A DNA stretch of 64,000 nt from Geosiphon pyriformis uo1. Lineage: Eukaryota > Fungi > Glomeromycota. A program made the position numbers and the translations under genes. This document shows positions 26,801-37,873 of the stretch, in pieces. The notes under the pieces were generated by a model, which did not search any database, was not told the origin of the DNA, and saw only the letters and a list, made by a program, of their open reading frames with translations. The stretch is from assembly GCA_016748015.1 (NCBI GenBank), contig JAAOMT010000040.1:744001-808000 (forward strand). Direction: 5' to 3'. Position 1 is the first letter of the stretch; each line of letters starts with the position of its first letter.

Positions 26801-29556
26801 ATCTTTCATTAGCTCTGAGAAATTGGCTTCAATTTGAAAATTAGATTTCTTTTGAGTTAGTTATTTAATTGTCAATGTTAGATTTTTTTGCCCAAATTTT
26901 TTGTCATAAGTCAAAGAGGTTTTTGTGATAACTATTTTTATTAATGTTACCTGAATTTTCAGTTCAGATGATCTTCTCAATCCCAATAAAAAATTTCTTT
27001 TGATTATTGCTGAAGGTGCTTTCTTTGATTGCTTTTTATCCAAAACTACAAAACAGAAATTAAAGTTTAAATTAAAACCAAAGAGATTTAAAAAATAGAT
27101 ATATATCTAAGTTAAAAACGCCATTTTTATTGTAATACAATTTTGTTGTATAACATTACATGGTTTAAATTCTTTAATTCTGTTCAAGCACCAATTACAC
27201 ACTAGATTAATATCACATTACATAAAAAAATGCCACTTCATTTTAAAGAAAAAAGAAAAGCTAAAAATCAAGTTAGAAATATAAAAAAATCATATAAAAA
27301 AACACATTATACCACTTTAATAAATAATTATAATATTAAAGTAAACAAATTTAACAGATTAAATGTTAGTAATAAAAAGTGAAGTGACAATAATAACAGT
27401 AGATGGGATAATACAGAAAATATAGAAGCTGTAATTAGAATAAATATAAAATTAAAAAAACTTAGTTTAGTATGAAAAAACAACAATCATTTAGAAAAAA
27501 AGAAGCAAGACTTTTACATAACAAAAAAATACCAAAGTTAATCTATTATAATAAATATGGACCAAATGATTTATTCACCAAAGTAGCAGTTGAAACTAAA
27601 AAAATTATTACTTTTTTTAATATTAGTAATACTCAAACTACAGGCTTACAATGGCCCAAATTTAATAAATCTTCAAGTAATTCAGAAAGTAAGGTTGATC
27701 TATATGCTAGTTAAATAAAAAAAGGGCAAAAGTTAAAAGAATATTTAAAAAAACAACATGTTCAGTTAATTGTTATCAAATATAATCAAAAAAGAGCTAT
27801 TTTTGAATATTTTACTTTGTTAAATAATAATAATGAACATGAAAAAATTAATGCCAATTTGAAAATTACCCAGAAGATTTTTATTGATGGTAATATATGA
27901 AAAGCATGAAAAATTCGATATTTAGCAAAGTATTAGTTGCTTAATAATAAGCTTTCAACATTAAAATATAGAAAACATCAAAAAACAATTAAAATAATTG
28001 ATGATAAAAACATTGTAAAAAGATGTTATATTTGGATTAAAAACCAAACTTTAATGTTACTCCAGTCATATTTAAAAAATTTATTGAGCATGAATTGTTT
28101 TTTAATATTGGAATAATGAAGAAAAAAAATATTAGTCTTATAACTGTAGTAAGATGGCTTAAAATTCTTGGTTATTTATTTCAACAATATCATCAAGGCT
28201 TATATTATGATAAACATAAAAAAAATGATATCTTATAATCTCGAAAAGAATTTTAAAAAAAAATATATGAGCATAAAAAGTATATGTCAAAGTATGAAGA
28301 TAAATTTATGAATTGAATACATCCTAACTTACTTAATAGAAAAAAAAAGTTTTTATAGTTCATAATAAATGCATTTTTTATTCAAATAATATTAAATATG
28401 GCATATAAGCTAAGCATAAAAATTTGCCACTAAGAAAAAAAGAAAATAAAAGATCAATTATAATCAATGAATTTTTAATTGAAATTAATAGATATTTACA
28501 TTTACAACAAAATAATATAAAAAACTATTTTAATATACCAAAAAAGACACAATGCTATTTATAACCTAGTGTAAATTAAGATAATTATTGGACAGCAGAC
28601 CATCTTTTTAAACAAATTAAATATAAAACAATTCCAATTTTTGAGAAATTATATCTAGATTATATAACCATATTTGCTTTTGATAATAGTTCTAATCATG
28701 TAGTATTTAGTAAAGATGCTTTAATTGTAAGCAAAATAAATTTAAGTCTAGGTAAAAAGCAATTATTAATGCAAAATACTTTTTTTGGATTAGATAATCA
28801 ATTACAATTAATGATCTTTCTGGAAACATATTCAGATGAAAAACTTTAAAGATTGCCTAAAAGAATTAAACAAGTATTAATAGAATAAAAAAAATGGTCA
28901 TTAAAAAGATTAATATTAGAATGCAAAAAATGCAAAAAAAAAATCAAAAATTCTTTGAAAGTTTTTTGTTGTGCATATTAAGTAATATCTTTGGAATCCA
29001 ATTTTTTGTTCAAAAAAATACAATTGAAGAATTAATCAAAAGTATAGGACATAAGTGCATTTTTTTCCAAAATGTCATTGCAAATTAAATTTTATTGAAA
29101 GATATTGGGGAGCTGTTAAAAGAATTGCATGTAACAAATACAATTATTCATGGAAAAAATTACAAAGAACAGTGTCTGAAAGTCTTGAATCAGTATTTTT
29201 AATGACTATCAGACGATTTTCAAGAAAATTTTGGTGTTATATAGAGCTTTATAGAAAAAATCTTAGTGGAAAATTCGTAGAATATGTTATAAAAAAGTAT
29301 AAATCTCATAGAAGAATTCCAGATAATATTCTTGAAGAATTAGACAAATTAAATAATATTCAAACTTTGTAATATTGTATTTGGTTTTATATTATATAAA
29401 ATTTAATAAAATTTTATTTTTTATTATAAATAATATATTAAAAACACATGTATATTAACCAATAAAATTTAATTATATAAATAAAAACACGTGAAGATCA
29501 TCATTTAAAATTTCGGACTGATCTACATTTTTGATGATTATAAATGGTTTGCACCA
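23844..29556 (+). mobile_element. IS630/Tc1-superfamily DNA transposon, 5.7 kb, with TIRs and TA target duplication, inactivated
   Basis: Left end TA-tggtgcaaaccatttatagtcatcaaa. Right end tttgatgattataaatggtttgcacca-TA (27-bp TIR, 1 mismatch). Contains a transposase relic. Confidence 0.9.
27472..29372 (+). pseudogene. Degenerate DDE transposase
   Basis: Motif relics YYDKHK (Y.DGHE), VHNKCIFYSNN (HDE..F.SND), IFAFDNSSNH, and [25 protein letters not shown] (PKFHCELN.IE..W), followed by KKYKSHRRIP. Many stops and frameshifts. Confidence 0.88.
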
Positions 29557-31641
29557 TATACATTTCATTGCTACTTTCTTTAAAAATTTTATAAAATGAT
29601 ATTAGTTTACACTTTTTATATTTTTAACTTTCGAACCTCACTAAAACCAGCAGCATTTAAATTTTTAAGTTTGATTTTGAATATATGTCTAATCAAGCAA
29701 TATTAATAACATTTTGGTTTTTTAATTTTCAAATAAATATGTGCAATATCCAATTAAAATGAACTAAATCCTTCTGAAAGGTGAACATTTAAAATACTGT
29801 TGCATTAAAACATTAATGCAGAACGTTTATGCGGTAAAATATTAAAAAGATCGACAGCCATTTTTTAGGTTTGTAAATTAATAATTTCGGACTTTGAAGA
29901 TTTCAAATGTCAAAGTGAATTGCTGCTAAAGAATTGAAAATGTTTACATTTCCAATTAAAACTACTTGCAATCTCCTTGGTTCTATATTAATTGGCTTCA
30001 ATATGAAACTTTACATCAATAAAGCTCTTTGATATGGACGTTAAAATCAAAAGGTTTTTTTTTTTGCTTCGAAGCTGACTATTATTATGCTGTTTCAGCA
30101 TGTCTTCATTATAAATTCAAAACATGATCGATTTAGCAAGTTTTAATTAGTCCAATTGCTTTAAGGTTGAGTTTTAATTTATTTTGGATAATAAAGATTT
30201 GGAAAATACACTTTTCTCAGTTATTATAAACCACTTTAAATATTCTTTTTTCCCATCTAATTATTAAATAGTATAACTAGAAATTAAATTAAAATATTTT
30301 TTCCAAATAAATAAACAGTTTAGCGATTATTTGAAAAATAAAAACTTTTTAAGGTTTTTGACTATTTACAATAGACATTACAAGGATCTTTATTGGGAGA
30401 AAATCCTTAATTTGAGGCTTTCCTGTTGCAAATTCTCATAATAATATGAATATACCCAGCAATTTTATACATTTCTCTCTTAAAAATTCTATTGAATTAA
30501 TTCATATATTCCCTTTTTTCCTTGCTGCTATCGTTTTATTGTTTACAAATTGACATAATCTAAGGTCATCAACTCTTATTTTATGTTTAGTATATTCTAC
30601 GTGATTGTCAGCTAAATTTTTGAATGAATAGTTTCTTCTTAAACAAATATTATCCATAGAACAAAGATTTATCTGCATGGTATATCTGCATTTAGCATAA
30701 CCTATTTGTATTGCTTTCTGAAACAACATATCAATTATCCAAAACCTCAAGCTATTGATTTTGTGAACAACTATATATTTAGTCTTTTTTCAATCGAAAT
30801 ATATTTTGACCTTACTCGAATTCTTAAAATGAGGAGTATCCCAATTTTATACTATCAAACAGATTTCTATTTGCAAAAGAAATCGGAAAAAATAAAATAA
30901 ATTCTAATCATAAAACGTGTGTTACTGCTTCCAAAATTTTATTTTTATTCACTAAAAGAAACAAAAACTGAAATGGGTTATTTAATTTTATCTTTGAAAA
31001 GTCTATTTTCAAAAAAAGGAGATTATAATTGCCTCTATAGCAAACCTATTCGTGAAATCTAGCTTCACTTTATAATTTTAATTTTGAGATAACATAAAAA
31101 AAAAAAAAAAAAAGAAAATTCTAAAAGATCTTTTTTTTATTTCTCTAAAGCGAGAAATTGAATAACTGGACTTTGAACTTCATATACGCTTTTTGCTCGT
31201 AACTAATCAAACAATATAATATAAAAATATGACTATCACTTATTTATCGAAGGTTGATACCAACCTTCTCAATTTTCAAAATTTTTAACATTGAAGAGAT
31301 AGTTAAAAAATTTCATACTTCTTCATAATTGATTAGTGGTTAAATATATAACTAATTATTCTTACAATCGAAATTTTGACCCATTGATTTTTCGTTTGGA
31401 TGAGTGAATTCCAACTTGACAATTTTTTGAAAAATCAAAAAGTTTAAAAAATTTCAAAATCATAATATCATATTAGGGTTTGCGAGAAAAACAGATTGCC
31501 AGTTAGGAAACTAAAAAGTCTCACTAAGTTTCATAGCCTATACTAAATTAACTTATGATAATTTACATATCTGCTCTAGTAAAACATATTAGCTCTAGGA
31601 GCTTTAATTTTAATAAACACTATATATTCTAAAAAATAATA

Positions 31642-33776
31642 TCAAGGGATATAAGGTATATTAAAAAGGGTTGGTCCGGGTCTGCTTTGATCTAAAGGCC
31701 CAAGAATTTTGACCGATGGCAGTTCAGAAAGCTGTAAATTAGTTAAGGGAGGATTTAGATTAGATGGCGCCTTTTTCATTTCAGATATTGGTGCTGGCGT
31801 TGGCGGGAGAGGTCGAGGAAGTAATCCAGAATTTGAGGGAATATCCCGTTTTAAAATTTCATGAGGCTGAGGTTGCTTTTTACGTTTGTAAAATAAGATG
31901 ATCCCGGAGATTACGATGATACCAACCAAACTACCACAAACTCCTCCAACAATTTTTAAAACATTGGGATGACTCGAGTCGTCTATTATAAGAGAATCCA
32001 CCCACGTCATATCAGCAGTGTTGAATATCCTTATAAGTTTTTTATCTTCTTGAGTAATTAGTTGTCGGGTACCATTTTTATATGTTGCGCCTATAAAATT
32101 TTTATTTAATCAAAATCCATTTCGGATAATAGAATTCAAATGTTAAAGTTATTTTTTCATCTTACCGAAAGCCACAATCATATAATGCCTTATCAGTGTT
32201 GCGGTGTGGCCGAAGGGAATTAGAGTTTCCACTCCAACTTGATTCGGAAGGCTTATTGTTTCCCAACGCCACTCTTTTTCTTCCATATGCAAAACAACAA
32301 GTGCTTTTTCTATTTTTTCATTTTTTTGTTCATCTTCCCCACCATATATAATAATTTTTTTATCAACTAAAAATATATTTTAAATAAAGATTAGAAAGTC
32401 AATTGTTTGTGAAAAATACTTTGACGAGAAANNNNNNNNNNNNNNNNNNNNNNNNNNNNNNNNNNNNNNNNNNNNNNNNNNNNNNNNNNNNNNNNNNNNN
32501 NNNNNNNNNNNNNNNNNNNNNNNNNNNNNNNNNNNNNNNNNNNNNNNNNNNNNNNNNNNNNNNNNNNNNNNNNNNNNNNNNNAAATTCCTTGAATTAGAA
32601 GTAATCCTTAATAAAAAAGAATAACAAACTTTAACTTACTATATTTATATTAGCGAGTCCATTTTGATTTTTTCCCCCAATTATTATAATTTTATCCTCC
32701 ACAAAAGTAGCAGTATGTTCAGATCGAGCAAATAGTTCATTACCATTAGAGCATTGCGTCATTTCACTTCCCTTTTTCCAGTCTTGAAACTCATTGTCAG
32801 AGAGGGTGTTTTTATAGATCAATCCATCAATTGGAGGAGACTCTTTTTGGGAAACTCCACCAAAAAGAAAAATTTCCTTAGATGATAACGACTTTACTAC
32901 AGTTAAACCAACACGAGCATTGGGAGCATTGGAATTTAATGTAGCATTGGAAGCATTGGAACTTTGTGGACTTGGTTGAGCAGTGGAACTTTGTGAACTT
33001 GTTTGAGCAATGGAACCTGGTCGAGCATTGGGTTCATTGGGAGTACTGGAACTTGATTGAGCAGTGGAACTTTGTGAACTTGTTTGAGCAACGGAACCTG
33101 GTTGAGCATTGGGTTCATTGGGAGTACTGGAACTTGATTGAGCAGTGGAATTTATTGAAGAAGTGGAACTTGATGAACTTAATTGAGGAGTGGGATTTTG
33201 TGGATCAGTGGAATTTTGTGGATCAGTGGAATTTTGTGAAAGATTGTAAACTAGCAGAGCACTTCTTTTGTCTAATTTTAAAGAACTTGGATTAAACTTG
33301 AAAATTCCGTCATTTACATTCTATTTTTTGAAAAAAATTGAAAATTGATTTAAAAGTAGAAGGATTCAAAATTAATGTGTTTTAAAGACCTGTTGTTGCG
33401 TTAACCCTCCAAAAAAATAGATATCCTTTTCATCCGTAACCGTTGCTGCAGAAAAAAGGCCAATATTCAGAACGGTTTTAATTGAAACGTCCGAGATTGA
33501 GTAAAATTCAGGTGAAGTCGAATTCACAATTTTTGAAAAATCAAGACAGAAAACATCGGAAGAAATAGTTATATTATATAGCTCTATAGTTAATTTCCTT
33601 GTATCATTAGATCCTCCAAAGAAACAGATTTTGTTGCCTATATCAGTCGCTGTATGTCCATATCTTGGCAGGTTTAATTGTTTACTTACTATGAAATTTG
33701 ATGAAACCAAAAATGAACATATCAAAGTATAATATATTATAAAAGATAAGAGCAAATTTTTGAAAATAAAAAACAT
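31642..33776 (-). CDS. Kelch-repeat single-pass membrane protein 1 (signal peptide, kelch propeller with mucin-like insert, TM, Pro-rich tail); spans an assembly gap
   Basis: PRYGHTATDIGNKICFFGG, IYFFGG, IFLFGG, RSEHTATFVEDKIIIIGG, IIIYGG, PFGHTATL..YMIVAFG and TM IVGGVCGSLVGIIVISGIILFY-KRKK. Confidence 0.85.
32432..32582. other. Assembly gap (151 N)
   Basis: Run of n. It hides kelch exon(s) that are present in the paralog at ~43980-44190. Confidence 1.
32920..33240 (-). repeat. Coding tandem repeats (81-nt and 18-nt units), Ser/Thr/Gln/Pro/Asn-rich
   Basis: In the kelch frame: (QNSTDP)x2-QNPTP...(STAQSSSSTPNEPNA[QR]PGS[VI]AQTSSQS)x2-STAQPSPQSSNASNATLNSNAPNA. Confidence 0.9.
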
Positions 33777-34799
33777 TTCCAATTATTTTTGAATTCAAAA
33801 ATTATTAAGATGAAAAATCTTCAATAAAATATATATAATTTTTATTGAGCCGAAGATTGGGCAAATTAACTCTTCAGAGCAAGCTTTAGTTTTAAGATGA
33901 ATTAATGAATGGCACAATTCAAGTAGTGGGCCTGTGTCACTTCTAAATTAGGAATAAAACTCTTTGTAATTTCAAATGCAACTACTTGCCATTGTTGACG
34001 TTGTATGCGTCTCACTTTTTTTTTAAATGTACAAACATTAAAAATTGCATCATGAATGCATGACCAATGAGACATTGATTATTTTACAAAATAAAAATTT
34101 ATTCAAAACATTGGTCAGTTTCTTAAAATATCATTTAAAAGTACAGGTCCAGGCAATCAGAATATGTTTCGATTGATATAGAATTTGTTACCGTTCTATG
34201 AAACAGTTCTTGATCTTCATTTCGCCTTCTTCTTTTATAGAGAAAATTGTCACCAAAATTCTCAAAATAGCTCCAATATTTAAATTTTTAGGCTTTGAAG
34301 TATTAGGACTTGTTTTCGGATTTTCTTTTTCTTCTTTTAGTTTTTCTTGCTTTCTTTTTTCGACTCATTTCAGATTTTCTATCATTTTTAATTTGATTTA
34401 TCTTTAGCATCTAAAATTTTCAATAAAGCAAAATATCTATTCCGAAAATATCTTGTTTGAAAAAATAGTTAAAATTTTGCCTTATTAAATAGAAACTAAA
34501 CAAATTAAATGTAATAATCATAAAATCATAGTATAAAATGGTCGAGTGTCGATAATAAAAAATGGGTCTGAACGAATATTGGTTCAAAAACAATAATTTC
34601 TTTTGTATTACTTACTTTTTAAAGAGAATTATTCATCTGATGATCAAAAAAAATCTATTCTCAGAGTAAAATTACAAATTGCGGTGTGATCTTTTCGTCC
34701 TGGTACATGTATATCATTAATATGGAAAGCAACAATTAGTCATTGGTTTAAATTTATTCAAAATATTTTTAACTCGAAAATTAAGAACTTATTATAAAT

Positions 34800-35503
34800 G
34801 ACTTCAAGTTCCAAACTTATTCATTTGATTAACCTTATTCATAGGAATATATTGGGCCTGATGAACCTACAATAAAGACGAGAAGCCCATTTTTATGTAT
34901 GACCAAATATAGGTTAAGTAAATCAGGCAGTGGAGTTACTTGTCATTTGCTGGATTCGTAGTCTCAACTTTCCCATCTTTTGAACCCTCAAAATAATAAA
35001 TGTCGCCAGATTTATATTCAATGGGTAATTTTTGACCAGAAAATTTGAGGTGATTTAGGATCCCGAGTTTTTATCAAGATTATAGATCTATACTTTATCT
35101 GATAGCTTCGGCTTGAATGAATCAACAGAATGATAATCAATTAAGAGATATCTTTTTGAAGAAACTGCAATTGACACAATTGATTCGTTGGCTTCATATA
35201 TCGTTGCCGTTATTATCTACTTCACCAAAGACATATAATTCATATTTTATCCCAGCCCATATAAGTGGTGCCTTACTGCTTAGCTTCATAAAGCTTGGAT
35301 TATAAGTTGCATTATTGGAAAGCTTTAATGACCATAATTCTTAATAAAATTTTTGGCCCTAAGAAATATATCGAGGAATCATTTAGGACGACACATTTTA
35401 CATAACGACTTTTTGGCTTAACTTGTGCAATTAATAAATTAAAATTTAGAAGAAGTAAATACAGAAAGAATTGGATTTTTTTTAAAGATATTATATTTTG
35501 CAT
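34800..35503 (-). pseudogene. Degenerate kelch-family paralog (signal peptide plus broken blades)
   Basis: Hydrophobic leader then SRY..VVLNDSSIYFLG. Downstream fragments LYVFGE, IYYFEG and GHT* are separated by stops and frameshifts. No TM exon found. Confidence 0.5.
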
Positions 35504-35786
35504 TGCGACAGCAAAAATACTCAGTGTCTCAAAAGTTTTGTGGCATCAAAGATCCCCTTTTTCGTGAAGTAATACAAACAAACAGCTATATTTACAGAGC
35601 TACAGATCCAAATCTGGATATGTTAACGAACCTCGAACCATTTTTATCGATAAAGCCAAAAAATTAGAAATCTTTCGACATTTGAGCTACTTCAGATAAG
35701 GATTAGGTGGTGAAATTTCGCTCCCGGAAATCTTATTGATAAACACAAAAAAACTTTTACTTTTCCCGTGCATCGATAGTATCACC

Positions 35787-37873
35787 ATGAAATACTCGGT
35801 CGTTAAATATATATTTAGAGTTTTTTTTCTTTGTAGTTTTTTTTTATTAGCATTTTTTTCAACCATTATTTCAGCATTATGGCCAATTCCTCAAAAATGG
35901 GCCAAAGGCGAAACTACATTAAAAATCTATCCTAGCCTGAAAATATCCACCAACCGAATCTCTAATAAATTCATCCAACAAACGATTCACTCAGCTACGC
36001 AGCGCTTTCAGTCATTTCTCGCCAATGAAAAATTTATACCTCCAAATCAACAATTTCCTGCTCCCAATTCATCAACGAAAATAATTCAATCTCTCATCAT
36101 AGAACTCGTTACAGAAAATATAGATCTTTCTTTAGATGTTGATGAATCTTATGATTTATGGATTCCAAATACTGCTCCTTTATTTCTTTCAATTAGGGCT
36201 CATCTCAAAGCGAAAACAGTTTATGGGGTTCTTCATGGATTGACCACATTTTCTCAGTTGGTATATCAAAATAAATTGCAAACTGATGACTCGTTGGTGG
36301 TCCCGTTTACTCCGCATCGTATCATCGACTATCCTATATACCGACATCGTGGTCTACTTTTGGATACTTCGAGAAATTTTTATCCCGTAGAAGATTTGTT
36401 ACGAACACTTGATGCGATGAGTTGGACGAAATTTAATGTATTTCATTGGCACATTGTTGATCAACATAGCTGGCCAGTTGCTAGTGAAGTCTTTCCTGAA
36501 TTAAGTGGAAAAGGTGCATATGATCCGAAAACTATGATTTACACAAAACAAGATATTGAAACTATTGTCCATTATGCGGCTCAGGTAGGCGAAGGCTTCA
36601 AGGGAAGATTCCATTATGAGATCATTACTCGCTTTTTAAACGATTGTACCTGTAGAGAGGCATTCGCATCATTCCCGAGTTTGATATGCCTGGCCATACC
36701 GCATCGATAGCACCGAGTCACCCAGAAATGTAAAAATCTCCCGAAATTTGATACTTGTATTTATTGAAAAATCTTCATTTTTGTGATACCAATCATTTCG
36801 ACTTAGAATATCATGTCACAATGCTCAACCTAATTGGAATGATGTAAAGTATTTTTGACGATTATTAGTATTTTCTTGGGCGTTCAATCTTATACTTTTT
36901 ATCTGTCCATTTTTTAATAATAGTTTGCATATGAGCCTCCAAGTGGCCAACTTGATCCAACGCTACCCGAAACCTACCAATTCATTGACTCTCTAATCAC
37001 AGAAATGACAAGTTGGTTCCCTGACAAAGTTTTCCATGGCGGTGGTGACGAGATTAATTTGCGCTGTTGGAATGCATCTGCACATATTCGAGAATATGTC
37101 GCCAAAGATTCTTCGTTTAATCTCGATAGCCTAATTCAACAATTTGTTCAGAAGCAACATGATATAATAATACGACAGGATAAAATTCCAATGGCATGGC
37201 AAGAGCTTGTGATTGATCAAAGTTTGCAGCTTGAAAAGCAAGTAATAATTCAAGTTTGGAATGGGGAAGATAATGTGAAACGAGTTGTTGAGGCTGGACA
37301 TAAGGTGGTGACTGGTCCTGCTCGGTATTGGTATCTGGATTGTGGACATGGAAGTTGGTTGGGTAATAATATAGAGGGTCAGAGTTGGTATGTTTCTTCG
37401 ACTAGTATTCATTTCTGTTTTGCACGAATTTTTCACTCATTCAGACTTATTTCAAAAGGTGTGGAAATTTTAAAACGTGGCAATGGATGTACACCTACAA
37501 CCCTAGGAACGGGCTAAACGAAGAACAAAAAGAACTAGTAATTGGAGGTAATTGTGTTATACTGCATTATTATATGATAGAAATTGGCTCAAAAATTGAT
37601 TAAGCTCTATTTGAAATTCTATCAGGTGAAGTTCTCCTATGGAGTGAACAAGTCGATCCAACGAATTTCGAGCCGACTTTGTGGCCACGTGCAGCAACTG
37701 TTGCAGAGGTTTTATGGTCAGGAAACTACGATCTTAGCGGAAGTCCTCGCAAGGTAACTGAAGCTTTGCCACGAATAACCGAGCTGAGATTCAGGATGGT
37801 CAGTAGAGGGATCCGTGCCGAACCATTGCAACCTTTGTGGTGCGCTCGTACTGGAACTTGCGATCGCCTCTGA
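35787..37873 (+). CDS. Beta-N-acetylhexosaminidase, glycoside hydrolase family 20 (about 6 exons)
   Basis: Signal peptide then LWPIP, DESY, HRGLLLDTSRNF, NVFHWHIVD, GIRIIPEFDMPGH, catalytic FHGGGDE, WYLDCG, IGG/EVLLWSEQ, WPRA and QPLWC. Confidence 0.96.

Noticed and set aside
32936-33295. ORF-track peptides with EQWN or QVPLL repeats
   Set aside because: These are shadow frames of the mucin-like repeat. The real frame is continuous with the kelch blades.
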